From contig CM000152.2 in NCBI GenBank assembly GCA_000004695.1, positions 5,792,001 through 5,856,000 on the forward strand: 64,000 bases of DNA. The letters are read 5' to 3'. Source of the stretch: Dictyostelium discoideum (lineage: Eukaryota). A program made the position numbers and the translations under genes. This document shows positions 40,783 to 53,720 of this stretch, in pieces. The notes under the pieces were generated by a model. It searched no databases. It saw only the letters and a list, made by a program, of their open reading frames with translations, and was not told the DNA's origin. Positions within the stretch are counted from its first letter, which is position 1; every line of letters begins with the position of its first letter.

Positions 40783-41825
40783 ATGACAACAATAACACCA
40801 TGTTTTATTATAACAGGAGCAAGTTCAGGAATTGGTGAAAAGTTGGCAAAAATCTATTCAGAAAGAAATATTAATATAGTTTTAGCAGCAAGAAGTACAG
40901 ATAAATTAAATAAACTTGCATTAGAATTAAAATCTATAAATAAATTTTCAAATAAATATTTAGTTGTATCATATGATGCATCAAAAGAATCTGATTGCAA
41001 GTAAGTAAGATACATATTTTTTTTAAAAAAACTTTATTTTTATTTTTATTTTTTATTTTTCCACAAATAATTAATTTTTTTTATTTTTTTATTTTTATTT
41101 TTTTATTTTTTATTTTTTTTTTGGAAAGAAATTTAATTGAAATTGTTATTAAACAATTTGGAAGAATTGATTTATTATTATTATGTGCTGGTGTATCTTA
41201 TCATAATTCATTTAAAGATACAACTGATTTAAATGTATATAGACAAATGATGGATATAAATTATTTTGGATACATGTATACAACTTATTATGCATTACCA
41301 TATATGATTAAACAACAACAAAAACAATCAACTAATAATAATAATAATAGTAATAATAAACCACAAATTGCAGTTATATCATCAATATCAGGAGCACTTG
41401 GATTACCATTGAGGGCAGGATATTGTGCATCGAAATTCGCAGTTAATGGATTCTTTCAAGCATTGAGATTAGAAGTACAATCATATGTGGATATTACATT
41501 ATTATTACCAACTACAGTGAATACACCAATGAGATCTCATTCATTGGGTGATCCAAATGAAAAGAAATTAATTCATTTCCATGGTGAGGATGATTCAAAG
41601 AAAATGACAATTGACCAATGTTGTGAAATTGTTATAGCTGCTATAGATGGAAGAAAGAAAAAAGTGGCTTTCCCATTTAGTAATTTCTTAGCTTCAGTTT
41701 TACATCCAATATTTCCAAATTATATTGATAAAATTTTATTAAAAAAAGCTGGTGGTACAAATTTAATTAATTCAAACTCAAATTCAAATAATAATAATAA
41801 TAATACTTTAAAGTCAAAATTGTAA
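40783..41825 (+). CDS. Short-chain dehydrogenase/reductase (classical SDR; DHRS7/11-beta-HSD-like). Two exons: 40783..41000 and 41129..41825, intron 41001..41128 (128 nt). About 304 aa.
   Basis: The true ATG is at 40783 (the track ORF 40681 starts at TTG). The Rossmann motif 'ITGASSGIGEKLA' (TGxxxGxG) is present. Donor GTAAGT at 41001 (phase 2: ...TGC AA|), acceptor GGAAAG at 41127-41128 (AA+A = Lys), then 'NLIEIVIKQFGRIDLLLLCAGVS', 'ISSISGALGLPLRAGYCASKFAVNGFFQALRLE' (catalytic YxxxK) and 'PTTVNTPM'. Confidence 0.8.
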
Positions 41826-42820
41826 TAAAATAAAAAATACATGTAATTTTCAAATTTATATAAATTTGTAAATTTTTTTTTTTTTTTTTTTTTTTTTCAA
41901 ATAAAGAATGAAGTATATTATAAAACAAATTTATAATTATTATTATTTTATAATAATTTTAATTTTATTTAAAATACAAAAATAGAGAGAAGTAAAAGTT
42001 ATTATAAATTTTTTTTTTATTTTTTATTTTTTTTTATTAATTAAGGAAAAAAAAAAAAAAAAGAGATTGCAATCACAAATCTTGGCACAAAATTATTTAA
42101 TAATTTATCGATTTAAAAAAAAAAATGATACCATAACACTTCACCCTTTGAAGACACACTCACACTCACCAAAAAAATAAAAAAAGAAAATTATTTAAAA
42201 ATAAAAAAAAATATTATTAACTGCTTTACACAATTGAATGCAAATTATAATATTTTTAAAAAATAATAATTTTTATTATTAAAAAAAAAATTATAATTAA
42301 ATAAATTAACCAATTAAACATTGAAATTTATTATATTTTTGAGCGTTTTGATATATGATGTTTAGATGGTTATATAATTTTGGTGGTTGGGTGGGTACTG
42401 AATTATAATAAGTGTGAGTGGATGTGAGTTTTTTTAATAAATCCTAATCACAGAATTATTTTAAGTAATACACAAAACTGTGTTTATTCATTTAATATGT
42501 TGGTTTCTATTTATATTAATTTCTATATATAATAATTTTAAAAATAAAAAATTAAAAAATAAAAAAAATAAAAAAAATATAATAATAATACAAATTTATT
42601 TTTCATCAAATAATTTTTTTTTTTTTTTAAATTATTATTTTTTTTTTTTTTTTTTTCACTATTCACTTTTTACAAATAAAAAAAATAACAAATAAAACTC
42701 ATACTCTTTTTTAATTTTTTTTTAAATATAATAAAAAGAAAATTTAATATAATAAAATATTTTTTTATAATTATTACGAAATAAATATAATTAAAATAAA
42801 TAAATAAAAATAAATAAATA

Positions 42821-43877
42821 ATGAATGCAATAATTGATAATAATAAAGATTTTTTAAATTTTATAAAAAATAATTCATTTGGAGTTAATTTTAATAATTT
42901 TACAAATTCAAATGATATTTTAAATGAAATTAATAATGTAAATGTAATGGTTTATGGTAGTAAAATTGATAAAAGTTATTTAACAACTTTTGATCAATTA
43001 AACCCATTAACAATTGCAATTACAAAAAAAAATGAAAAAATATTAGAATGTTTATTAAACATTTGTAAATTATTAGAATTAAATTTAAATGGTCATAAAA
43101 GATATAAAGATTCTTTACTTTATCATGCAATCTCTTCAAATAATAGTAAAATATTATTAAAAGTTTTAAGTTATCCAAATTTAAGAATTGATATTTTTGA
43201 TGAAGATGATTATAATACGGCATTACATCATTATTGTAGAAAATTCAAGGTAACTTAAAAAAAAAAATAAAAAAAAAAATTAAAATTATTTAAAATAATT
43301 TATATTTTATTAATATATTTTTTTATTTTTTTATTTTTTTATTTTTTTTAATTTGTTTTATATTAAATAGAGTCCAGAAGATTGTCAAGAAATTATTAAT
43401 ATTATGATTGAAAGAACAAATGATTTAAATAGAATTAATGGTAAAGGTAAAACACCATTACATAAAGCAATTTTAAATAATTCAATTCGTTTAATGTTAG
43501 TACATACATTAATTGAAAATGGTGCAAGATTAAATGTTTTCAATTATAATGATTATACACCATTACATTGTGCAATTAAATTAGGTAGAAGTGATGTAAT
43601 TTTAAAACTTTTAAAAAATGGTGCAGATTTATCATTACAAAAAAATAGTTCACCATCTTCATATCAACTTGCAATTCAATTAGATTCACCAAATGTTATA
43701 AAACTAATTAATAATTATTTAAATTTATCTTCATTTTTAGATAAACATCTTTTATCAAATTATTTATTACAATTTTTAAAAAGAGATATACTATATTCAA
43801 ATTTAAATGATTTAAATGAGGAAACCTTAATTGAAATGGGTTTACAAAAAGATAAAATTTTATTAATTTTAAAATAA
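42821..43877 (+). CDS. Ankyrin-repeat protein with a C-terminal SAM-like helical domain. Two exons: 42821..43249 and 43371..43877, intron 43250..43370 (121 nt). About 311 aa.
   Basis: ATG at 42821. Exon 1 ends '...LHHYCRKFK' (phase 0) at GTAACT. The acceptor ATTAAATAG (43369-43370) continues 'SPEDCQEIINIMIERTNDLNRINGKGKTPLHKAILNN...LIENGARLNVFNYNDYTPLHCAIKLGRSDVILKLLKNGADL' (ANK consensus: G.TPLH.A...G....v..Ll..GA). The tail 'LSNYLLQFLKRDILYSNLNDLNEETLIEMGLQKDKILLILK' is SAM-like. Confidence 0.7.
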
Positions 43878-43954
43878 TTTTAAAAAAATAAAAAAATAAA
43901 AAAATAAAATTAAAAAATTTTAAATTATATAATTTATTTATTAGATTTATTTAT

Positions 43955-46273
43955 TTATTTATTTTTCCAATTCCAAACTTTAATTAAATTATCACAACCA
44001 CCACTAAAAATTCTTTTACCATCAGTTGCTAAAGAATTAACACCAGAACGATGAGCTTTTGTTGAAGAAATTATTTTAATTGGTTCATTTTGATTTGAAA
44101 TATCAATGATTCTAATTGTTGAATCATCTGATGAAACGAATAAATAGCCATTTGATGTGACTAAAATATCAGTGATTGCCATATTATGTTGATCCAAGGT
44201 TGTGGTTGGTTGAAAAGTTGAGAGATTCCAATCTTTAATTTCACCATCTTTACTAGCAGAGAATAATCTATTACCAAACATACGTAATGATGTAATTGGT
44301 GCATCATGTGCATCATTCATACCATAAACACACATACACATTTCAAGATCCCAAATTTTAATAGATTGATCATTTGAAGAACTAAATAAATATTTACCAG
44401 ACATATAAATTGATTTAATTGATTTGCCATGTGCATTTAATGATTTTATACATTTAAATGTTGATAAATCATAAATTTTAATTTGTTTATCAAATGAACA
44501 ACTTACTAAAAAGTTATTTTCAATATCAATACACATATCATTAACTTCTGCTGTATGATCTTCCAATTTACCAATACATTCATATGATGATGATGATGAT
44601 GATGATGATTGCTTTGATGTTGTTGTGGTTGTTGTTGTAGTTGGTAACGACCAAATTTTAATAGTACCATCTGAAGAGGCTGTGAATAAATATTTTTCAT
44701 TTAATAACATTTTTTCAATTGATCTACGATGAGCTCTAAAACTATCAATCATTTGAATCTTTGATAAATCTTCATTATTTGTTAAATTCCAAATTTTAAC
44801 GTAACCATCAGCAGATGCTGAATAAAGTTTAGTTTTATCTTGATTGATTAATAGTGAACAAACTCTTTCATCGTGACCTGATAAATGAACGATTGATGTT
44901 AGTTCAGAGTTTAATGGATTGGATGGTTGATTTTCAATTAATGGATATTCTGGTTCGTATAGGTCAGGTGTTAAATCTGGTAATAGCATTGTACCTCTAA
45001 TTACTCTATGAGCATTACGACCTGTTTCTAAGCCAATTGGGGGCAACCCGAATTGAAGACAGATTGGTGAACATTTATGAGAGATTAAAAACTTTTCAAT
45101 ACCTTTTTGACCTAAATTTCCCTCACCATATCCTTTACCGTCTTTAGTGTGAACTTGTGGGTCTGTGTAAATATCATCAACTCCCTGTATATCAACCACC
45201 ACCATTTCATGTGTTGTGCATTCATAAGTGAAATGACTGAATGATTGTGGTGTATTTCTCTCTGTGAAAACAGTACCAAAATTTGAATTTTGTTTCTTAA
45301 ATTCACCCTTCATAAATAATTCAAGACCGTATAGAGTGTTATTTGAACTATTACGATTACCAACTCTATAATTTGTTGTACCTTGAATTTCGATTACCCA
45401 TGCCGAAAGGAACTCAATTTTCTTTGGTGGATGATTACTATTGTATCGTTCGCCATAGGATTTACAAACCATTTGCATTTTAACATCTTCAAAATATCTA
45501 TTGAAATTAACAGATGTTTTTGAATCTTTTGCAACATATAATGTATCTAAACTTAAATTTTGATTTAGTTTTGGAATTTGTGATAAATTTAATTTCTTTC
45601 CTTCCATATATTTCTCATGAATTGGTGTTGCGAAATGATTAAAACATTGCATTGCATTAGATCGAATTTTCAATTGATATGCATTTCTAAGTGCACCTTT
45701 TGCAAATGGTTTAGCATCAATTTCAACTATAATCAATGCTTTTGTCCATTCATCATCATTTGCTGAATATTCCCAAATTATTGCCCATTGACAATTTGAA
45801 TCTGGTAAATTTGGCAATTTATCTTCAGTTGTTATAAAATTAATTTCTTCTTGTTGTTGTTGTTGGTTTTGTTGTTGTTGGTTTTGTTGTTGATTTTGTT
45901 GGTCATTTAATATAGAACTATTATCATTATTTGTACTATCAGTATTATTTGATGAAACTGTATTAATTAATGATGTAGAGGCTATGAAATCCATTGATGG
46001 CGATTTTGAAGGTCTTGGTGTGGTTGGTACAATATACAAATGTTCAGAATCTTTTGAATATTTTAATAATGAATCTGATGAATCCTCTTTTTTAAATAAA
46101 TTGCCAGTTGATGGCATTCTACCATTTCCTAAAAATTGAATTCTTGGTCTATTACCACTACCACTTAATTGTGGTGATGATACTGGTGAAACAATTGGTG
46201 ATGATGAATTTGAATTTGAATTTGAATTTGAAGATGATGTTGATAATGGTGATGTAATTGTTTGATTATTTAA

Positions 46274-46357
<84 letters not shown>

Positions 46358-46584
46358 TACAGTTGTTTGTGATATTGGTGAATTAATTGGTATAAATGAA
46401 TTATTTGAATTGGTTAAACTATTTGGATCAATTTGTGAAGTTGTGGTGATAGTAGATGTTTGAGTAGGTGATGGTGTAGTTGATGATGTGGCTGATGAGT
46501 TATTACTATTTGTCATTGAATCAGTTGATGTTCTTGGACTTAAAGGTGGTGAATTTGAAATTCCAACACATGTTGAATTATTGT

Positions 46585-46616
<32 letters not shown>

Positions 46617-46780
46617 GGGTGAATATTATTTTTTCTTAATAATAATAATAATTCTTGAATTTTAAATTCATGATTATCAACTGATTTTGTTAATTGTTCT
46701 ACCTTTTTTTTTAAGTAATCATTTTTTTCCAAAATTTTTTCAATCTTTTTACTTAATTTTAAAAATGAATTATCTTCCAT
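43955..46780 (-). CDS. mhkD: Myosin heavy chain kinase: N-terminal coiled coil + S/T/N/Q-rich linker + alpha-kinase catalytic domain + C-terminal 7-bladed WD40 domain. 941 aa.
   Basis: ATG at 46780. Alpha-kinase hallmarks are 'AKPFAKGALRNAYQLK', 'FTYECTTHEMVVVDIQGVDDIYTDPQVHTKDGKGYGEGNLGQKGIEKFLISHKCSPICLQFGL' (the D-x-Q-G-x-x-D-x-x-TDPQ-H and GNLG motifs of MHCK/eEF2K/TRPM7) and a C-terminal Cys/His zinc site. The WD repeats are LTSIVHLSGHDERVCSLL, ...SASADGYVKIWNL, FSSSNDQSIKIWDL, etc. This architecture equals Dictyostelium MHCK-A..D. The paralog call mhkD rests only on my recollection that MHCK D is 941 aa; treat the symbol as tentative. Confidence 0.85.
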
Positions 46781-47072
46781 TTATTTTAAAAGATATATAA
46801 ATATTTTTTTTTTTTTTTTTCTTTCAAAATAAAAAAAAATAAGATTTAAAAACTATTTTTAATTTTTGGCTAAACAAATAAAATTTTACAATTTGATTAA
46901 ATAAAATATTACAATTTGATTAAAAAAATAAAATATTTTGTTTTTTTTTTTTGTTTTTTTTTTATTTTTTTTTTTTGTTTATTATTTTATGATCATAAAA
47001 ATTATTTTTTATTCTTTTTTTATTCTTTTTTTTTTTTTTTTACACTGATTTATTTTTAAATGAGGGGAAAAA

Positions 47073-47104
<32 letters not shown>

Positions 47105-47850
47105 AAAAAAAGTTGGGTAATTAATTAAAAAAAAAAATAAAAAAAAAAATAAAAAAGCGAGACAAATATCTAACCGAAAAAAAAAAAATAAAAAAATAAA
47201 AAAAAAATAAAGTTTTTTTTTTAATCAAAGATTCCATCATGATGACAAAAAAAAAAAAAATTATCTTTTTTTTAGTGTAAAGTGCAACTTTACTGGTTAA
47301 TCTGTTCAAAACAACAAAAATATTGGGTTTTTCCATTTCTTTTTTTTTTTTTCCTTTTTTTGTTTTATTATTATTTTTCTTTTTTTCTTTTTTTTTTTTT
47401 ATTTTTTTTTTATTCACATTTTTTTTTATTTTTATTTTTATTTTTATCTCTCTTTTAAATATCTTTAAATAAAAATGTAACTACATATTATTTACATAAT
47501 GGTAATATTTGTAATCTTTAAATCAATTTTAGTAAAAACAATAAAAAAATAATTGAAATTAAAAATAACAATCTTTTTAAACACCACACCAAATAATATA
47601 ATAATAAAAAAAATAAATAAATAAAAAAAAAAAAAATTTCCAATATTTTTATTCTTTTAAAAATCAAATAAACAAATTAATTTTATTTTTTATTTAAAAA
47701 TCTTTTTTTTTTTTATGTATTATGTACATTATTATATTTATATACATATGTTTTATAAATATTATTATTGTTGTTATTATTTTTATTGTTATTAACAATT
47801 ATTATTATTATTATTTTTAATAATAATAATATTACTATTAATTATTTTTA

Positions 47851-48026
47851 TTAATATTTATTATATATTAATAATTGACCCAATGTATCTGTAGTTATTA
47901 AAAAAATATTATTATTTACTGATAAAAATGAAGTATTTGTTATTGGTCTATTTGAAGCAGTAAAATATTCAAAATTTTCAATAGCTATCTTGTTTTGACC
48001 GCTATTATTACTTATACCATTATTTA

Positions 48027-48092
<66 letters not shown>

Positions 48093-49773
48093 TGTTTAAA
48101 TTATTTATAACACTATTATTATTATTATTTAGATTACTCTCGTGAATATTATTATTAATATTATTATTATTATTATATTGTTCTGAAAAGTTATCCCAAA
48201 TATAAATTTGATTATCTTCACAACCGATGAGAATACTCTTTCTATCGATTGAAGCTACAGGTTTAACTTGATAATTACCAAGGATTCCACCACCACCGTA
48301 TCTACATATCCTTTTGAAATCCTTTAATGAGAAATGTCTAATGCAATTATCATTTGAGCTTACTAGAATTTCACTTTGATTTAAAGAATTCGAGATAGTT
48401 TGAATACCAATGATTTTTGGACCTTTACCTTTTTTAGAGTTATTATAACTTTGACTAATATTGAATTTATGAATCAAATGTTGTAGATTCAATGGATTTA
48501 AAAAGAATAAATTACCAAGATGCGTTGAAACTATTAAATAGTATGGATCGGCAATTGATAATACTATACTTGTTATATATTCACCCAAATCAAATTGTTG
48601 CAATGGTTTACTTGAATCATTGATTGACCATTTAAATACACCACCATCCAATGTGGCCGAATAAAAACATTGATTAACATCATCACTTGTTATCGATACA
48701 ACAATATCATTATGTTCAAATGTTTTCAAACATTCACCAGTATCTGTATTCCATAATCTAACGGTTTTATCAACTGATGATGATATTAATCTATTCAATG
48801 ATATCCATTTCATTTCTAATACATGATTTGTATGACCTTCTAATATTAATTTTGGTGTTGTTTCTAAAATATGATGATTATGATTACTTGAATTATTTTG
48901 ATTTGTAATATTTGTATTTGTTGTTGTTGTCGTAGTAGTTGTGGTTGTTGTTGTTGTTGTTGTTGTTGAATTACCGCTACTACTACTTGTAGTTGTATTT
49001 GTTCCACTTGAATTACTTGAATTACTACAAATACTTTCGTCATCAGATGAATGATTTGATCCACCATTACAATTATTACTATTTGTATTTGTATTTGTAT
49101 TTACATGAATTGGTAATGGTGAAGTATTTGCGCCATTATTATTTGGTTGTTTTAAAATTTTCCAAATTTTAATAACACCTTCAGAACCGCCAGTTGATAA
49201 GTAATTTTCATCTTTACTCATTTCCAATGACCAAATTGAACCTTTATGAGCTTGAATTAATTGACCCAATTGATAAGATTTTGTTTCTTTCTTTTTCTTT
49301 ATATTATGATTTTTTAACCATCTACCAACTCTGGATGTTGATTCATGTTGTTTTTCATTATTATTACTATTTACATCACTAACAGCTTCATCAACTGTAT
49401 TATTACTATTACTATTACCACTACCTGGTATTAATTTTCTTTTAATTAATTTTCTAATACCATCTCTTTCTTTATGTTCTTTTTCCTTATGATCTTTATC
49501 TTTAAGTTCTTTATCTTTATGTTCTTTTTCTTTATGCTCTTTGTCTAATAAATTATGTAAATTTGAATTTGAGGTATTTTGTGAGGTTTGTTGCTGTTGT
49601 TGAAATATATTTTGAAGAGAATCAGGTGTTTGTTGATGTTCTTTTTCACCTTTAAATAAATTACTAATCTCTTCTTTTTTATTTTTAATTAAATTTATAA
49701 CTCTTGAATTTCTTTTACTTCTAACTGATCCTGTGCCATTATTGCTATTATTATTTGTATTTGTATTTGGTGG

Positions 49774-49824
<51 letters not shown>

Positions 49825-50066
49825 AGTTAGTGATTGTGATGGTGGTTGAAAAGCAGAAGTATCAGATTGAGACAATATTGAATTCTTTAAAGAGATTGGA
49901 GCCAAATCAACTGTTGGTAATGAAGCAGCAGATGTTGATCTAACCAATGATGGTGAATTGATTGGTGAATCAGTTGGTGAAATTGCTGTTGATGATAATG
50001 TGCAACTATCTGTTAATGTTGAATTTGATAAAACACTTGAATTCGTTGAATTATGTGATGTTGATA

Positions 50067-50136
<70 letters not shown>

Positions 50137-50502
50137 TTGAATTGTAATTTTATTTTGAGATTCTCTTAAATTGATTGAACTAATATCTTTAGAGATTGAA
50201 TTTGATCTATCATTTATTAAATAACTTGGTGATACTGGTGTTGTTGAAGTTGACCAAGATGGATTAACCTCATAGCAATCATAGAATGATTCATCATCAT
50301 CTTCTTCATCACCTCTGGAATATAAACTATTTGATGATGTATGTGTATCAACATTTTTATAAACTAATAAATGGTGATGTGCTGATCCACCACTTGCTGT
50401 TAAATTATTGGCTCCATTTGGGTTATTATTATTATTATTATTATTATTGTTGTTATTATTATTGTTATTATTACAATTACTAATTGAAATCGTTGTTGCC
50501 AT
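47851..50502 (-). CDS. WD40-repeat protein of 883 aa, WDR44 (rabphilin-11)-like, with a long N/S/T/Q-rich N-terminal region.
   Basis: ATG at 50502. The WD-repeat core 'IQAHKGSIWSLEMSKDENYLSTGGSEGVIKIWKI', 'LEGHTNHVLEMKWISLNRLISSSVDKTVRLWNTDTGECLKTFEHNDIVVSITSDDVNQCFYSATLDGGVFKWSI' resembles WDR44 ('FKAHDGAVWTMKFS..GRLLATAGQDNVVRIWVL', '[31 protein letters not shown]', 'FQHIDFVTAIAFHP.DDRYFLSGSLDGKLRLWNI'). A charged 'KEHKEKEHKDKELKDKDHKEKEHKE' repeat and several poly-N/poly-Q tracts are present. The antisense track ORFs 48864..49067, 49755..50483 etc. are artifacts. Confidence 0.7.
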
Positions 50503-51353
50503 AGTTAAAATTATATTCTATTATATTCTATTATATTGTATTCTATTTATTATTATTAATTTTTTAAAGGGAAAAAAAGTTTTTTGTTGTTTTTCAATTT
50601 TTGGTTACTCTTTATTTTTTTTTTTATTTTTATTTTTTTTTTTTTTTTAATATTTTTTATATCCAATTTTGGAAAAATGTATTCAAAATTTTGGAATTAG
50701 TATTCTATTTATTTTATTAATTTAAATTTGGTGAATGTGTTTTTTTTTTTTTTTTTATAGGAGATTATTTTTTTTTTTTTTTATTTTTATTTTTTTCCTT
50801 CAAATACGAAAAGTGTTGTAACCCTCGATATTATTTTAAAACAAAAATGAAAAATGAAAAAAAAAAAAAAAAAAAATAGCCACCTAAACAAAAATATTTT
50901 TTTTCTTTATTATTATTGTTAATGATGAGATATCTTTTGATTGACGTTTTTTTTTTTTAGTTTAATTATTTAAGTTTTTTTTATTTTTTTTTTTATTTTT
51001 TTTCTATTTTTTTTTTATAAACTATAAATAGTAAAACAATGAAACATAAAGACGTTTTTTTTTTTTTCCTATTTTTTTTTTTTTTTATATATAAAAAAAA
51101 AAAAAAAAAAATTAAAATTAAATCTTTTTCTTTTGGTTTCTTTTGGTAATGCAAAATTAAAAAAAAAAAAGTGATTATAAAATTAATTTTTTTAATTTTT
51201 TTTTTTTTTTTTTTTTTGGAGTTAAAACTAAAATTATGAAAAAAATAAAAATAAATAAATTTAATTTAACTTGTCGCAATATTGCGAACAAAATGATTTT
51301 GATGTCGATGATGTTTTCTGAAAAAAACAGGACACATGCATTGCGTTTTCATG

Positions 51354-51388
<35 letters not shown>

Positions 51389-51556
51389 ATTCGGATATTT
51401 ATCCCGAGTTTAATTGCAGCGTGGCAAAAAAAAATAAAAATTTAGGAGTGAAGATTCTTTGGGTTACAATTGATAATTAAAAAAATTATTTTTAAATTTC
51501 CAAATGTTTTTTTTTTTGTTTAATTTTAAAAATTATTTTGTAAATAAATGCATATT

Positions 51557-51589
<33 letters not shown>

Positions 51590-52060
51590 CAATATCTTCA
51601 TTTGTACATACATTTTTTTATTTTTTTTTTTTTTTTATTTTTATTTATTGATTTATTTTATCAATTTTTTTTTTCCCACAAAAAAAAAAAAAGAATAAAA
51701 AAAAAAAAAAACAAAAAAAAAAAAAAAATAAAAAGAAGAAATAGAAAAAAAAAGGAAATTATTTTTTGTTTTTTTAAATTAAATAAATTAAGAAAGATAA
51801 TAATTAATAAAAAAAAAAAAAAAAAGAAAAAGATTGGCAGATAAAAGTAATTATTATAATTATTATTAAATAATAACACTACTGTTTACTTTTGTGAATG
51901 TGAGTGGTGGGTGGTAGGTGTTGTTTGAATTCAAAAAAATTAAACAAAATAAATAAATAAATAAATAAATAAATTTAAATAAAATTTTAATTATTGATTG
52001 TTAAATTAATTTGACAATGATGGTTGGAATGGAAATTATTAAAATATATTTTTATTATTA

Positions 52061-52094
<34 letters not shown>

Positions 52095-53198
52095 ATTTTT
52101 GTTTTTTTTATCTCTTTGTATTGTGGTGTGTGTGTGTGTGTGGTGTGGGATTAATGTTTTGTCAAAATTAATATTTTACCATGGATAGGAATATTTGATT
52201 TTTTCTTTTTTTATTTTTTTATTTTTTTTTTTTAGTTTCTATGGAAATGTATAAATAAGGGATAGTTTAAATATGTAATCCCTTTAATTTTAATTTTATT
52301 TTATTTTATATTTTTTATAAAAAAAAAAAAAAAAAAAAAAAATAAACTAACATTTTATTATTTTTTTTTTTTATTTTTATTTTTTTATTTTTATTTTTTT
52401 TATTTTTATATTTTTATTTTTTATTTTTTTTTTCTAAACAATTTTCGTAATCATTACCTTAATTTGTATAAAAATTGAAAAATGTTTTTTAAATTAAAAT
52501 TATTTTTGTTTTTAGTTGTTGTATTGTTTTATTTTTTTTATTTTTTTTTTTGAACACTATTTTCTTTTATTTTATTTTTTTGTTAAACAAATATTTATTG
52601 ATAGAATTTTTTTTTTTTTTTCTCTTTTCTTTTAATTAAGTAATTAATGTAAAAATTAATTGTAAAATAAAAAAAAAAAACAAATAATTAAAAAAAAAAA
52701 AAAAAAAAAATGAAAATATTAAAAAAATAGTATTAAAATAAAAAAAAAAAAAATAATGAAAATAATAAAATAAAAAAAAAAAAAAAATAGTATCAACCAC
52801 ACAACAACCCTTTTTTTATTTTTTTTTTTTCCTTTTTTTTATTTTTTTTATTTTTTATTTTTATTTTTTTTTTTATTTCTTATTGTTTTGAAATTATGGG
52901 AGGGTAGTTATTATTTCCTTACATTTTTCTGGCAATTCAAGAAGAATAATTGTTTTTATTTGTTAGTTTTGTTTTGTTTTTATTTTATTTTGCTTTTTTC
53001 TTTAAAATTATTATTAAAAACTTAGTAAACCAAGTTGGTACGAGAAAAATTATTATTTTCAAAAATTTGTAGATTTATTTATAGATAAAAATTAAAATTT
53101 GAATATATGAAGTAAAGAAATAAAAAAAAAAAAAAAAAAAAAAATATTATATACTTTTTTATATTTTTTTTTTTTTTTTTTTTTTTTTGTTGTCTTAT

Positions 53199-53241
<43 letters not shown>

Positions 53242-53489
53242 TACAACATATTTAATTATATTGTCATCAACAAAAATAAATAACTATTGTCATATGGCGA
53301 TTAAGGATGGAAAAAAAAAAAAAAAAAAATTATTTTTATTTTTTTTTTTTATTTTTTTTTTTTTTCATTAAAATAATTTTTTATTATAATTTCATTTAAT
53401 ACTAAAAACAGACAACTTTTTTTATTAATGAATAGATCTAAAGTTATCAATGATAGGGATGATGTGTGATGGTGATAATTTAAAAATAG

Positions 53490-53522
<33 letters not shown>

Positions 53523-53720
53523 AAAAAATAAAAACTCATCATGGAACATGTTTATGAAAATGGGGGTGAAATGTTTTTTTTTTTTTTTTTTTTTTTTTCT
53601 ATTTTTATAATTTTTTTTTCTATTTTTATAATTTTTTTTTTATTTTTTTTATTTTTAATTTATTTTTTAATTTATTTTTAAATTCTTGTTCTTTTTTCTA
53701 AATTTTTTTTTTTTTTTTTT
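50503..53720. other. 3.2 kb gene-free, extremely AT-rich interval (upstream of the WD40 gene, downstream of the aminotransferase). Contains isolated GC-richer islands with palindromes and may host ncRNA or regulatory elements.
   Basis: No ORF reaches 60 codons here except homopolymer artifacts. The islands are: 51236..51445 (with the perfect palindrome TCGCAAT|ATTGCGA at about 51271..51284 and 'CATGCATTGCG'); 51895..51925 and 52125..52150 (GT-rich G-box-like); 52905..53045; and 53285..53310. Confidence 0.4.

Noticed and set aside
40681-41004. Track ORF start at 40681 for the SDR gene, and the 42480..42695, 43020..43223, 44506..44700 and 45112..45306 small ORFs
   Set aside because: 40681 is a TTG. 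The conserved SDR N-terminus begins at ATG 40783 ('MTTITPCFIITGASSGIG'). The other small ORFs are antisense or in AT-rich spacers, with no domain content.
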